Shown piece by piece: positions 37,977-47,829 of a stretch of DNA of 64,000 nt (within the stretch, counting starts at the first letter, position 1; the number at the start of each line of letters is the position of its first letter). Location: the IMG/VR virus record IMGVR_UViG_3300027057_000001, positions 36,683 through 100,682 of that record, one strand, 5' to 3'. This stretch comes from a virus. The translations under genes and the position numbers were made by a program. The notes beneath the pieces were generated by a model that was given only the letters and a program-made list of their open reading frames with translations, did not search any database and was not told the DNA's origin.

Positions 37977-38291
37977 ATGGCGCATCACATCCCGACAGAG
38001 ACCTGCGAAACCTGCGGACGCGAGACCCGGATGGTCTGCGAGTGCTGCGGCGCTCCTTGCTGCGGTCACTGCCAGCGGGAGGGCTCGATGTGCCCCTCCT
38101 GCTACGCCAAGCACGAGCGCGACTACGGCGCGTGGTGTGCGGAGCGGGACGCCGAGGACATCGAGGCGATGGAGAACGACCCCGATTACTACGACGACTC
38201 GATGGACGGGGACCACGAGAGTGCCCTGGCGAGCGCCGGATTCGGCACGGATGAGGACTATGGCTGCTTCGGCGGCGACGAAGGGTGGTGA
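37977..38291 (+). CDS. Small Zn-finger protein with acidic C-terminal motif
   Basis: Four CxxC-type pairs then DDSMDGDHESALASAGFGTDEDYG. Confidence 0.75.
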   Translation: MAHHIPTETCETCGRETRMVCECCGAPCCGHCQREGSMCPSCYAKHERDYGAWCAERDAEDIEAMENDPDYYDDSMDGDHESALASAGFGTDEDYGCFGGDEGW

Positions 38292-38294
38292 GTC

Positions 38295-38459
38295 ATGGCC
38301 AAGGGAAATCGACATCACACGCGACCTCGTGGAACACGCTCCTTCTGGGCCATCCAGCAACTCTCTCGCGCCCGGCAGAAGGGTGACGCCAGAGCGGCCC
38401 GGAAGCGGGCTCGTCAGAATGACCGCAAAATCATCCAGGAGAGTGTTGACAACTGCTAA
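38295..38459 (+). CDS. 54-aa Arg-rich protein (absent from the ORF track)
   Basis: MAKGNRHHTRPRGTRSFWAIQQLSRARQKGDARAARKRARQNDRKIIQESVDNC; fills the gap exactly. Confidence 0.6.
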   Translation: MAKGNRHHTRPRGTRSFWAIQQLSRARQKGDARAARKRARQNDRKIIQESVDNC

Positions 38460-38496
38460 TTACACCTTAGATTGAGAGAGAAGGACGGAGGGCACC
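38446..38496 (+). promoter_or_regulatory. Early-type promoter+RBS cassette 2
   Basis: TTGACA-16-TAGATT ... CGGAGGGCACC-ATG. Confidence 0.7.
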
Positions 38497-38769
38497 ATGG
38501 CAAACCAGAAAGACATCGACGACGTTGTGAGCATGGCGAACGCTCGCGGCCTCTCGAAGCGCGAGATGTGCATCGCCGCCATGAACCTCTTGGACCACGC
38601 TGGCATCTCCGTGGACGTCCAGGGGCAGGTGGCCGACCTTCTTTACGACGAGATCGACGACATCAACGACTGCGAGTTGCCCGGCGAGGGCTACGACGAG
38701 TGCTGCGACCGTGTGGCGCTCGAAGAAGCGCGGCTGCGCGACGAGTTGACCCTGAAGGTGGAGGTCTGA
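38497..38769 (+). CDS. Small acidic hypothetical protein
   Basis: Strong RBS; D/E-rich. Confidence 0.7.
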   Translation: MANQKDIDDVVSMANARGLSKREMCIAAMNLLDHAGISVDVQGQVADLLYDEIDDINDCELPGEGYDECCDRVALEEARLRDELTLKVEV

Positions 38770-38770
38770 G

Positions 38771-39130
38771 ATGGGACGGAAGAAGCAAGAGAAGGCACCC
38801 GAGAAGACGAAGGCCGAGTTGTTCGACACCTTCGTCGGCAACATAGGCCGCCACTGCGGCTGCCTGCACCGCGAGAGTGGGAAGTTCCGGGCCAGCGCGG
38901 TCCACGGGATGCTCACGGTCAGCATCTTCATCGAGCCCAAGGTCGAGGGCGAGATCGACATCTGGGACCAGTGCTATCTCTGCGACGAGGACTGGAACCG
39001 GATCGAGTGCCTGGGCAACCGCTGCGGGGCCGAGCAGTATTACTCGAAGGTGGCTGGTGAGGCTCTTCGTCGGTTCGCGACCGAGATGGTCTTTGACGGA
39101 GTTCGAGGGGCCATGGAGATCGCGGCCTGA
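38771..39130 (+). CDS. Small Cys-containing hypothetical protein
   Basis: GGAGG RBS; follows in the operon. Confidence 0.6.
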   Translation: MGRKKQEKAPEKTKAELFDTFVGNIGRHCGCLHRESGKFRASAVHGMLTVSIFIEPKVEGEIDIWDQCYLCDEDWNRIECLGNRCGAEQYYSKVAGEALRRFATEMVFDGVRGAMEIAA

Positions 39131-39148
39131 CGTGGTACAGTGGGGGGC

Positions 39149-39739
39149 ATGACGTCCCCCGCTGTCGGCTTCGCAACCCGAAACCTCGCCGGTCCCATCG
39201 GCGCAGGACAGCGTGGGCGGTTCTCGGTCCCACGGCGCTTCGTCCCCCTCTCTCAATTTTTCCTCACGACGAACAAGCCCGAGAAGGGCGAGAAGGCCCT
39301 GTACGGGCGCGAGGAGCCCCCGAAGAAGAAGACGCCCAAGGGGGCGAAGAAATCGTCCACGACCACTGACGACCCCATAGCGCCCCAGGAAGAGGCAAAA
39401 TCGAGCGCTCCCAACCCGGACAACTGGAAAAAGCATCACGAGTGCGCCTTCTGCAAGGCACCTGGGACGCACGAGCTTGCCTGGGATGACGGCAAGGCGT
39501 TCATGATGGTCTGTGACAAGCACCTGGCGAGGGGCAAGGCCGAGGTGGTGAGGCGCGGGGGCAAGCTGAACAGCGTCGAAGGCATCACGACGACGGCCAA
39601 CGTGCCGACCGTGCCGGTGCCCATTGGTGCTGGCGACGGGCGCAGGTTCCTGGATCGACCCGGGGACGAGAAGAAGAAGCGGAAGAAGCGCAAAGACCTT
39701 CCGGCCAGGATGACGCTCCTTCTGAGACGTCTATTTTAG
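39149..39739 (+). CDS. Basic protein with a CxxC..CxxH zinc ribbon
   Basis: CAFC...VCDKH; ATG lies 7 nt after an extended -10, so possibly leaderless. Confidence 0.55.
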   Translation: MTSPAVGFATRNLAGPIGAGQRGRFSVPRRFVPLSQFFLTTNKPEKGEKALYGREEPPKKKTPKGAKKSSTTTDDPIAPQEEAKSSAPNPDNWKKHHECAFCKAPGTHELAWDDGKAFMMVCDKHLARGKAEVVRRGGKLNSVEGITTTANVPTVPVPIGAGDGRRFLDRPGDEKKKRKKRKDLPARMTLLLRRLF

Positions 39740-39809
39740 TGATAGGATGACAGCAACCGAAGGAGAGAGCGCCCAACGCAGGGTGTTCGCAGGGAGTAGG
39801 AGCGAGGAG

Positions 39810-40934
39810 ATGGCAGACCAGCAGGGCACAACCGAGCCCCAGACGAAGCGCACGATCAGACCAGGAACCCCGGACGACCTGAAGGAGTTGGCAGGGAAGG
39901 GTGAGCCCCCTCCGCAGCCGACCATCGAGGACGTCGAGAAGGCCATCGGGCCGGGCGACAAGGAGACCGGCAAGCCGAGCCCCCAACTGGAGCGGCTTCG
40001 CGCTGCGGTGGAGAAGGGTAAGGCCGAGGGCGGCATCATCCAGATGGACGAGACGCCCGAGTACGAGACCCTGACCGACGCCAAGCCAGAGCGTGGGGTC
40101 TACAACCTGGTCGGCGGCTACATCGACCGTGATGGTGTGCTCCACAAGGAGGTGGAGATCGAGGCCATGGGCGGCGACGAGGAAGACCTGCTGGGCAACC
40201 GCAGAGTCCCCATCGTGCTGCGGCTCAACTCCATCCTCTCGCGGGTGGTGACGCGGCTGGGGACCATCACGGACAGGGGGCTCATTTCCCGCGCCGTGAC
40301 CGACATGCCCATCGGCACCAGGCAGCACCTTCTCATCGCCATGCGGGTGACCTCGCACTGGCTGTCCGAGAAGGATCTGTACAGGTTCATGGGCAGGTGC
40401 CCGACGTGCCGACACGAGTTCGAGTACACCATCAACCTGTTGTCCTTGGAGCACTACGAGCCAGAGGACCCCTCGAAGCAACTCTACGAGGTGGAGCTTC
40501 CTCACTCGAAGGCGACCGCCGAGTGGCGCGTACTTCCCGGGGAGTGGGACCACGCCCTGGATGTGCTGCGCCGGAACAAGGAGATGGGTAGCGACTTCCT
40601 GACGCACGCCATCATGGGGCGCATCGTGAGCGTCAACGGCGAGAAGATCGACCTGAGCGTGTCCGACGTGCTGACGCCGGATAAGAAGAAGGCCAAGCTG
40701 ACGAAGCGCGCGAAGCAGGTCATGAAGTGGGCGAAGAAGGCCAAGGTGGTGGACCGGGAGACGCTTCGGGCGAGCTTCCTGGAACACGAGCCTGGCGTGG
40801 ATACCGACATCGAGTGCGAGTGCAAGAACGAACGGTGTGGTTCGACCTTCTACACACCGCTGGACCTGGGGCAAGAGGCTTTTTTCTTCCCCCAGACCAC
40901 CTCGATGCGCTCGAAGACGAGATCTTCTATCTGA
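39810..40934 (+). CDS. Tail-assembly chaperone/T4 gp26-like hub assembly protein
   Basis: MGGDEEDLL, DMPIG.RQHLLIAMR, CPTC, PGVD...CECKNERC, FF end; upstream of the tape measure. Confidence 0.75.
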   Translation: MADQQGTTEPQTKRTIRPGTPDDLKELAGKGEPPPQPTIEDVEKAIGPGDKETGKPSPQLERLRAAVEKGKAEGGIIQMDETPEYETLTDAKPERGVYNLVGGYIDRDGVLHKEVEIEAMGGDEEDLLGNRRVPIVLRLNSILSRVVTRLGTITDRGLISRAVTDMPIGTRQHLLIAMRVTSHWLSEKDLYRFMGRCPTCRHEFEYTINLLSLEHYEPEDPSKQLYEVELPHSKATAEWRVLPGEWDHALDVLRRNKEMGSDFLTHAIMGRIVSVNGEKIDLSVSDVLTPDKKKAKLTKRAKQVMKWAKKAKVVDRETLRASFLEHEPGVDTDIECECKNERCGSTFYTPLDLGQEAFFFPQTTSMRSKTRSSI

Positions 40935-41089
40935 TGGAGTTCATGGGGCAGGGCTATCGAGACATCATGGCCATGCCCATCGGACGCCGGAAACGGCTCT
41001 GTCAGGAGAAAGACTACTTCGAGGAGGTCAAAGCGGCCCGGCAGCGAGCAGCCGAGGCCCAGGCGAAGCGAAAGGCGGGGTTACGATAG
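40880..41089 (+). CDS. -1 frameshift extension of the chaperone (G-T type)
   Basis: Slippery T TTT TTC at 40880-40886; -1 frame reads LPPDHLDALEDEIFYLMEFMGQGYRDIMAMPIGRRKR and ends at the base before the TMP ATG. Confidence 0.75.
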   Translation, partial: FFLPPDHLDALEDEIFYLMEFMGQGYRDIMAMPIGRRKRLCQEKDYFEEVKAARQRAAEAQAKRKAGLR

Positions 41090-44000
41090 ATGCCTGCTGG
41101 TGGCGGCGGAATGGGACGCCTGGTCGGCGTCGGATTCCTGGTCGGGGCCAAGGATGACGGCGCTACCGAGACCATGGATGAGGTCGCGGAGAGCACCGAC
41201 CGTGTGGCCGAGTCCGCCGAGCGAGCAGGCAGCGAGGGCTCGCGCAATGTAGGGCTCCTGTCCCGCGCCATCAGCGGGCTCAACACCATCAACATCTCCA
41301 ACATCTCTGACTCCCTGGCCAGCTTGGCAGAGAGGGCCGGGACCGGCATCGGTGCCCAGTCCACGTCCTTGGAGTCGTTCGGCGCTCAGTTCAACCAGAC
41401 GGCCAGAGCAGCGGAAGCTCGCCTGGGCTCCATGTCGGGGGCCATGCGGGCTCACCGTGGCGAGGTCTCCAGCCTCGCCTACACCTACGGCGTCAGCGGT
41501 GACGAGATGTTCGCCGCGATGGCCCCGCTGTCGCGGATCGGCGTAGACATCGAAGAGACCGGGATCAACGTCCGTGGTCTCGCTGGGCACCTCCAAGCCG
41601 GGATGATCAGCGGGCAGGCGTTCGGCAACATGCTGTCCGAGTTGATCGGGACCTACGAGATGGCCCCGGAGGCAGCCGGGCAGATGGTCAACAGCCTCAC
41701 GGCTATCGGTGACCGCTTCGGCTTCGTCGCGGAGGTCGGCCAGGGGATGCCAGCGCTCATGGACGCCATCAGGCCGGTGGCGGCGCGCTACCCGGACGTC
41801 GCGGCCAACGTGGACGGCGTGGCGACATCCATCACCAGGCTCGCGGCTGGCATGGTCAGCATGGGCATGGCACCGGAGGCGGCCATGCAGGCGGCGACGG
41901 CGACGTTCACGAACCTGGCAGACCAGCGGGACGCCATGACGGACCTCGTCACGGGCGTCAGCACAGAGTTCCCGCAGATGGCCGAGCGCATCGGAATCGC
42001 CACCGGGGACATCCACGGCTCCGTCTCGAACATCCTCGAAGACCCGCTGACCTTCGCCCGCAACATGGGCGAGATGATGGCTTCCGGCGATATGTCGGAC
42101 GCGATGATGCAGCGGCTTCGGGGCACGCTCCGCGAGATCAGCCCGGAACTTCTGAACGTCATCAACAACGCGGCGGAGGGAGGTGACGCACTGGCCCAGG
42201 CGGCGGAGCCCATCGAGGGTGTCGAGGACGCCTTCAACCGGGCCGGGCAGTCGGCGCTCACGAGCACGCTGACCTTCCAGGACCAACTGGACCGGATGCG
42301 TGACGCCTTCCAGACCCGCATGAACAGCATCGGGCGGCGCACGATGCCCGACTTCATGTCCAGGCAGAGGGATGCGTACCGCCAGGTCGGGGACCGCATC
42401 GAGCGGTTCGCTGCCGACGACGGGCCTCTCGGCACGCTCACCAGGGGCTTCCTGCGCGTGCGGACCTTCGGGCTCGTCCAGGGACTCCTGCCGCAGCTTG
42501 GCGCTCTCGGCGTGGACCTGGGCGAGACGGCACAGATGGCTGGGCCTCTACTCCTGGCCATGAACCAGCTTGGCTCCATGCGGGGCGTCAGCGCTGTTCT
42601 GGGCCGGGTCAGCGGCGTTCTCCGCATTGTCGGTGGCAGGGCTCTCATGGTTCTCGGACCCATCGGCCTCATCGCCGGGGCTGGGCTCCTGCTCTACCAA
42701 TACTGGGACCGCATCCCGGGGCTGCTCGAATCCGTCAGCAGCAGGCTCGAAGCGGCTGGGCAATGGTTCCAGGGCATTGGCGAGAGGGTCATCAACTGGG
42801 CCAAGGGCATCGACTGGGCCAAGGTCGGTCGCGAGTCGATGGACCGGCTCTTCAACGCCATCACGAGCACCATCGAATCTCTGTTCGCTGGCGACCAGGG
42901 ACAGGGTCAGGTCGGGTCCGCTATCTGGAGCGGGCTCGTCAACATCTTCTCTGGCATCAGCATGATGATCGGCGGGCTCGCGACAGGGCTCTGGGAGAGG
43001 TTCACCCAGGGCTTCACCAGCGAGCTTGGCGGAAACGCGGGCATCGTCCAGCGGATCTTCGGCGTCTACTTCCGGGGCATCCAGGCCAACATCCAGAACG
43101 TCATCACCGTCTTCTCGACCCTGGGCCGCATCCTCATCACGCCCTTCCGGGCCTGGTGGCGGGTGGTGCAGCCTATCGGTGCGATGGTCATGAGGATCTT
43201 CGGCCAAGGGCAGGGCGAGGCCCAGGGCTTCTCGAACATCATCGAGGGCATCGTTGGCTTCACGGAGCGCTACCAAGATGTGCTTCTTCGTGGGGTAGAG
43301 AACTTCGAGCGCATGGCGGACGCCGTGGCCTCATGGTTCGAGGGTATCTACTCCGATGCCATCGACCCCATCGTCTCGGCTCTCCAGCGGGATCTCCCGT
43401 ACATCGAGGAGCAGTTCACCAAGATCTTCCAGGACGCCAGGGAGGTCTTCGCGGACGTCTTCGCGGCCATCGGTGAGGTCGGCGGCGTCGTGTGGGAGCT
43501 TTGGACGGACACCTTCGAGCCCATCTTCGGCCTCATCTGGGGGCTCGTCAGGCAGGTGTTCACCGGGACCTCGGAGCAGTCGGAGCACAGCTTCCGCCAG
43601 GTCGGCGACAACGCCAGGGGCATGTGGCAGCGGCGCATCAGGCCCATGCTCATCGGGATGGTCCGGGGCTTCGCCGAGGCGTTCAACTGGATCTTGACCA
43701 ACGGCACCAACCTCTTCACGCAGCTTGCCACCAGGGGCGGCACGGCGATGATTCGCATCCAGACCGGCATCGAGCGTGTGCGCGCGGCCTGGGAGGGGAT
43801 GCAGAACATCATGCGGACGGGGTGGGAGGCGGTTCAGACTCACACGGAGAACATCATCGGAAACATGATGGACTTTGTGGACTTGACCTTCCAGCGAATG
43901 CTCCACGGCTGGCGCACCACGATCATGGACCTGAAGATCTACCTGGTGGACACCTTCAACTCCGTGCTCGACGTCATCCAGCGGTTCGTGAACAACATCC

Positions 44001-44887
44001 CAGCGGTCATCCGGCAGAACGTCCCGGCGCTCCAAGCCTTCGCTGGCGGAATGGAGAGAGCACGCACCGGCCTGACAGAGCTACACGAGAGGCTTGGTCG
44101 CGAGCGGACAGCAATGGTCGCAACGCACAGGGAAGAGGAGCGGGAGCTTCTTCGGACGATGGAGCGACGACGCCAGGAGATGGAGCAGTCGAGAGACGCC
44201 TTCTCCCAGGCGCGACAAGACGCCATCGACGACCAGCGGCGCATCGCGCAACAGGGCGAGCGTCGGATTCGGATGCTGACCGACTTCTACGAGAACCTTC
44301 AGCAGCAGATCCAGAGCGGGACTGCCGAAGCCTACGCCGACATGATGAACATCGCTGGGAGGTTGGAGCGGGGGGAGTTCGGCCAGGAGAGAAGGGAGGC
44401 AGCGAGGGGAAGGCGGCTCGTCGGTGTGCAGAGGATGGGGACCGCACTGGAGGGCATAGGAAACCTGCGGGCCGATGAGCGGCGCATGTTGGAGCAAGCT
44501 CTCATGCGTCGTGCTGGCGAGGGCTCTGCGCTCACGCCGAGGGATGTCGAGAATGCTGTCGCCAGGCTCAGGGGTGCTCCGAGGCGCGGTGGTGAGGCCA
44601 GGGCTGGTGTCGTTCAGGAGCTTGCCAGGGCCATCGAGCGCGGCCAGATCATCGGTGCTGCTCGACCGGCACCTGAGTCGGCTGGCGGAGGCAGGGTCGC
44701 AAGGACGGCGAGGCGCAGGCCAGCGGCAGGCGGCGGAGGGGTGGACCAGCCATCCAGGGTCATCGTTGAGAACCCGGAGGACATCGGGAGGGCCACCGGG
44801 GAGGACATCGAGCGGCGGGCAGGAGGACCAGCAACCAGGCCCGCTCCTGGCAGTGGCATCGACCAGCCATTGCCGTCGATTGAGTAG
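41090..44887 (+). CDS. Tape measure protein
   Basis: 1265 aa helical A/G/M-rich protein with aromatic periodicity; lies between chaperone and baseplate genes. Confidence 0.88.
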   Translation: MPAGGGGMGRLVGVGFLVGAKDDGATETMDEVAESTDRVAESAERAGSEGSRNVGLLSRAISGLNTINISNISDSLASLAERAGTGIGAQSTSLESFGAQFNQTARAAEARLGSMSGAMRAHRGEVSSLAYTYGVSGDEMFAAMAPLSRIGVDIEETGINVRGLAGHLQAGMISGQAFGNMLSELIGTYEMAPEAAGQMVNSLTAIGDRFGFVAEVGQGMPALMDAIRPVAARYPDVAANVDGVATSITRLAAGMVSMGMAPEAAMQAATATFTNLADQRDAMTDLVTGVSTEFPQMAERIGIATGDIHGSVSNILEDPLTFARNMGEMMASGDMSDAMMQRLRGTLREISPELLNVINNAAEGGDALAQAAEPIEGVEDAFNRAGQSALTSTLTFQDQLDRMRDAFQTRMNSIGRRTMPDFMSRQRDAYRQVGDRIERFAADDGPLGTLTRGFLRVRTFGLVQGLLPQLGALGVDLGETAQMAGPLLLAMNQLGSMRGVSAVLGRVSGVLRIVGGRALMVLGPIGLIAGAGLLLYQYWDRIPGLLESVSSRLEAAGQWFQGIGERVINWAKGIDWAKVGRESMDRLFNAITSTIESLFAGDQGQGQVGSAIWSGLVNIFSGISMMIGGLATGLWERFTQGFTSELGGNAGIVQRIFGVYFRGIQANIQNVITVFSTLGRILITPFRAWWRVVQPIGAMVMRIFGQGQGEAQGFSNIIEGIVGFTERYQDVLLRGVENFERMADAVASWFEGIYSDAIDPIVSALQRDLPYIEEQFTKIFQDAREVFADVFAAIGEVGGVVWELWTDTFEPIFGLIWGLVRQVFTGTSEQSEHSFRQVGDNARGMWQRRIRPMLIGMVRGFAEAFNWILTNGTNLFTQLATRGGTAMIRIQTGIERVRAAWEGMQNIMRTGWEAVQTHTENIIGNMMDFVDLTFQRMLHGWRTTIMDLKIYLVDTFNSVLDVIQRFVNNIPAVIRQNVPALQAFAGGMERARTGLTELHERLGRERTAMVATHREEERELLRTMERRRQEMEQSRDAFSQARQDAIDDQRRIAQQGERRIRMLTDFYENLQQQIQSGTAEAYADMMNIAGRLERGEFGQERREAARGRRLVGVQRMGTALEGIGNLRADERRMLEQALMRRAGEGSALTPRDVENAVARLRGAPRRGGEARAGVVQELARAIERGQIIGAARPAPESAGGGRVARTARRRPAAGGGGVDQPSRVIVENPEDIGRATGEDIERRAGGPATRPAPGSGIDQPLPSIE

Positions 44888-44890
44888 GGC

Positions 44891-45223
44891 ATGGGCAAGA
44901 TCAGATTCAGAGCGACGTCGAAGCAGAACTTCTCTCGGTGGCTCGTCATCGACGACGTGGAGCACTGGGAGATGGCAGAGCTTCCTATCATCGAAGAGGG
45001 TCAGGACGACATCCTCTACCAGGTGCAGCAGGAGGACCGCATCGACCTCCTGGCCAACCGCTTCTACGGCAACGCCGAGTTGTGGTGGGTCATCGCGGTG
45101 GCCAACAACCTGGCGCTACTGCCCAACGACCTGAAGCCGTTCTCGACCATTCGCATCCCGTCGAACAACAGGGTCTACAACAAGATCCTGAAGCAGGCCC
45201 CAAAGAGAAGGGACGGCAGGTAG
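44891..45223 (+). CDS. LysM/tail-X/gp53-like baseplate protein
   Basis: YQVQQEDRIDLLANRFYGNAELWWVIAVAN...IRIP. Confidence 0.85.
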   Translation: MGKIRFRATSKQNFSRWLVIDDVEHWEMAELPIIEEGQDDILYQVQQEDRIDLLANRFYGNAELWWVIAVANNLALLPNDLKPFSTIRIPSNNRVYNKILKQAPKRRDGR

Positions 45224-46729
45224 GTGGGAGTCGTAGACCCATCGGGAATCCAGATTTCCGTCGTCGTGAAGACGGCCAGGGGGACGGAGTTCCCTCTCTG
45301 GATGGGTGGGGCTCGCTCCGGGGAAGGTGGCACAGGAGAGTCGTTGTTTCTCGATGCGAACGTGGGCTTCCAAGACCTGCCCATTGTGAGCAGCGTGAAC
45401 ATCGAAATGATGATGAGTTACATGGCCACCTGCACGGTGGAATTGTCGGCTCCATATGACCTTGGTCTGGCCCTGCTGGACAGCGAACTTTTCATCGTCG
45501 GCAACGTCATCATCGTGCAGGTCGGATACCCGCGCATCGGGCTCTTCCTGCCGAAGCTCGCCTGCATGGCGATCAAGCCGTCCATCACCATCAACCCGGA
45601 CGACGGGCTCACGGCGACCATCAACGGTCGTGCCGGGTGCTTCGCGAGCACGCGCGGGCGCACATCTCGCGTGTGGGAGAACACGTCGGTAGTCAAGGTG
45701 GCGCAGGAGCTTGCAAACCTGCCACACAACAGGTGGGACGTGACGTTCCCACAGAGACTCAGGTCTGCGTCAACAATTGAGGAAGTCGCTGCAATAGCCG
45801 AGGCAGAGGGCGTGGAGGCGGCGCAGGCAGCGGCCACAACGGTTGACCCGCTCTATGGCAAAAGGCCGCGCATCAGCCAGCCCAACCGCACCGACTGGGA
45901 TCAATTCACCCATATGTGTCGCGTAGCTGGGTGCAGAGCCATGGTGAGGCCGCAGACCCAAGGTGATGGCAGGGCACAGATTCTCGTCGAGCGCGAGTCT
46001 GACGTGGCCACCAGGGAGCCGGTTTACACGCTGACGTCCAGGGGGCAGATCGACATGATCTCACCGAATGGACGCTTCCCGCTTCTGAGCTTCGAGAGCG
46101 AGGCGGAGAACTTGTGGTTGTCGGCTGGCTCCGACCGTGTTGTGAGCGACGACATCGACTCCGCGACTGGAGATCCAGTCAGCGCGGAGGCGAACCAGGA
46201 TACGGTGGAAGACGAGACGCCGAATGCCGTGACTGAGACTGGCGGCACTGGCAATCAGGACACGCCAGAGGAGAACCTGGCCCTGAGAGCCGACGCCGCT
46301 GATGGGGGAGACCAGCGTGTTGCAGCCCCGGCGAACTCGCTGGAGCGCACTCCGGGAGAAGCTGTGGGGCAGGTGGCGAGGGAGGAAGGCGAGCGTGGCG
46401 GTGGCGTCCATGCCACGGTCTCGACCATCGGCAACCCGGTAGCCTTCCCCAACGACCGCATCAGGATCGAGAACCTGGGACCGTTTAGCGGCAACTACGA
46501 GATCGAGGGCATGAGCCATCAGGTGGCCGAGGGGGAGTGGACGACGACCATGCGGCTCATCCGGCGCGGGACCTTCGGGGACAACTGGATCGCCGAGATC
46601 ATTCGCCGCCAGACCGACAACCCCCAGGACCAAGAGCCAGAGGACCAGCCTGAGATCGGCCAGGACGCCCAGAGCGGTGGTGCGGTCACGGCAGAGGCAT
46701 TCGATCCCTTCTCGGTGGAGGGCATCTGA
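45224..46729 (+). CDS. Baseplate hub (gp27/late-control-D-like)
   Basis: VQVGY, ISQPNRTDW, TIGNP...IENLGPFSGNYEIEGMSH..WTT. Confidence 0.8.
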   Translation: MGVVDPSGIQISVVVKTARGTEFPLWMGGARSGEGGTGESLFLDANVGFQDLPIVSSVNIEMMMSYMATCTVELSAPYDLGLALLDSELFIVGNVIIVQVGYPRIGLFLPKLACMAIKPSITINPDDGLTATINGRAGCFASTRGRTSRVWENTSVVKVAQELANLPHNRWDVTFPQRLRSASTIEEVAAIAEAEGVEAAQAAATTVDPLYGKRPRISQPNRTDWDQFTHMCRVAGCRAMVRPQTQGDGRAQILVERESDVATREPVYTLTSRGQIDMISPNGRFPLLSFESEAENLWLSAGSDRVVSDDIDSATGDPVSAEANQDTVEDETPNAVTETGGTGNQDTPEENLALRADAADGGDQRVAAPANSLERTPGEAVGQVAREEGERGGGVHATVSTIGNPVAFPNDRIRIENLGPFSGNYEIEGMSHQVAEGEWTTTMRLIRRGTFGDNWIAEIIRRQTDNPQDQEPEDQPEIGQDAQSGGAVTAEAFDPFSVEGI

Positions 46730-47523
46730 TGCTGATCATCGGCAGGCAGAGGCAGCCAAGGAGGCGTGCGCCAAGCTCGGTCGAGTTGTCCGGGACTGGC
46801 TTCCGCTTCTTCTTCGACCGGATCGTCCAGTACGGGCTCGAATACTTCCAGCTTTACTACGGGACCTACAAGGCGCGCGTGGTGAGCAACGAAGACCCGG
46901 TCAACGAGGGGCAGCCAGACCCCTTCGGTCGGCTCGTGGTCCGCATCCCGGCTGTCGGCGACGGAGAGGACGTGCGGCGCATCGCGTGGCCCATCGCTCC
47001 CGTGGCCGGGAGCAGCTTCGGCTTCAAGAGCTTGCCCCCGGCTGGGAGCAACGTCTACGTCGTCTTCGAGCGTGGTCAGGTGGACGCCCCGCTGTGGATG
47101 GGCGGCTGGTGGCCGAGGGACGCCATCCCGACCGAGTTCAACAAGACCGAGACCCACTACTGGATCACCCCTGGCGGGCACCAGGTCATTCTCGACGAGC
47201 AGGATGGCGGGCAGGTGGTCCGCATTCGCCACATGGACGAGGAGACGCGGCTGGAGTTCGACAACGACGGCAACGTCTTCATCGTCAACAGGGCGAACGC
47301 GAAGATTCACATCGGCGACGGGGCCGACACGCTGACGCCGACGCAGCCAGGCGTGCTGGGGGAGAAGCTGAAGGGGCTGATGGAGGAACTGATCGACGCG
47401 ATCAAGGCGATGACGGTGCCGACGCCCGCTGGGCCATCGGGAACCGCCATCAACTTCGCGCAGTTCGATGCGGTGAAGGGCCGACTTCAGGAGATGCTGT
47501 CGGAGACGGTGGACCTGAAGTGA
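46729..47523 (+). CDS. Baseplate spike, gp5/gpV-like OB fold
   Basis: YKARVVSNEDP..GRLVVRIP, LPPAGSNVYVVFERG..PLWMG, TPGGHQVILDE. Confidence 0.85.
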   Translation: MLIIGRQRQPRRRAPSSVELSGTGFRFFFDRIVQYGLEYFQLYYGTYKARVVSNEDPVNEGQPDPFGRLVVRIPAVGDGEDVRRIAWPIAPVAGSSFGFKSLPPAGSNVYVVFERGQVDAPLWMGGWWPRDAIPTEFNKTETHYWITPGGHQVILDEQDGGQVVRIRHMDEETRLEFDNDGNVFIVNRANAKIHIGDGADTLTPTQPGVLGEKLKGLMEELIDAIKAMTVPTPAGPSGTAINFAQFDAVKGRLQEMLSETVDLK

Positions 47524-47525
47524 CC

Positions 47526-47777
47526 CTACTTGGGCCACACTGCGGCCATCGTGGGCCACTTGCCCTGGGCACCGGAGAGTTCCCAGGCCCAGTCGTGGAC
47601 CGTGTAGGCCCACACGAGCCCGCCGTGGCGGAGGTCGATGACCTCGGTACAGGACCGCTCCGGGGCGTAGACCCGGCACTTGCGGCACTGACGAGCGTGC
47701 GCGATGGAGGCGTAGTGCTCGCCGCAGGAGCACTCGTAGGGGTATTCGGTTCCGTCGATGGTGGTGATATTGGTCAT
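47526..47777 (-). CDS. Small Cys-rich protein, antisense to the structural operon
   Basis: CSCG...CRKC..C; has its own promoter and RBS; fills the gap between + strand genes. Confidence 0.75.
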   Translation of the reverse strand: MTNITTIDGTEYPYECSCGEHYASIAHARQCRKCRVYAPERSCTEVIDLRHGGLVWAYTVHDWAWELSGAQGKWPTMAAVWPK

Positions 47778-47829
47778 GGTGTCCTCCGCTGTCCTGCACA
47801 GAACATAGGCACTGATTTGCGATTGTCAA
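47778..47829 (-). promoter_or_regulatory. Early-type promoter+RBS cassette 3
   Basis: Reverse complement reads TTGACA-16-TATGTT ... CGGAGGACACC-ATG. Confidence 0.7.
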
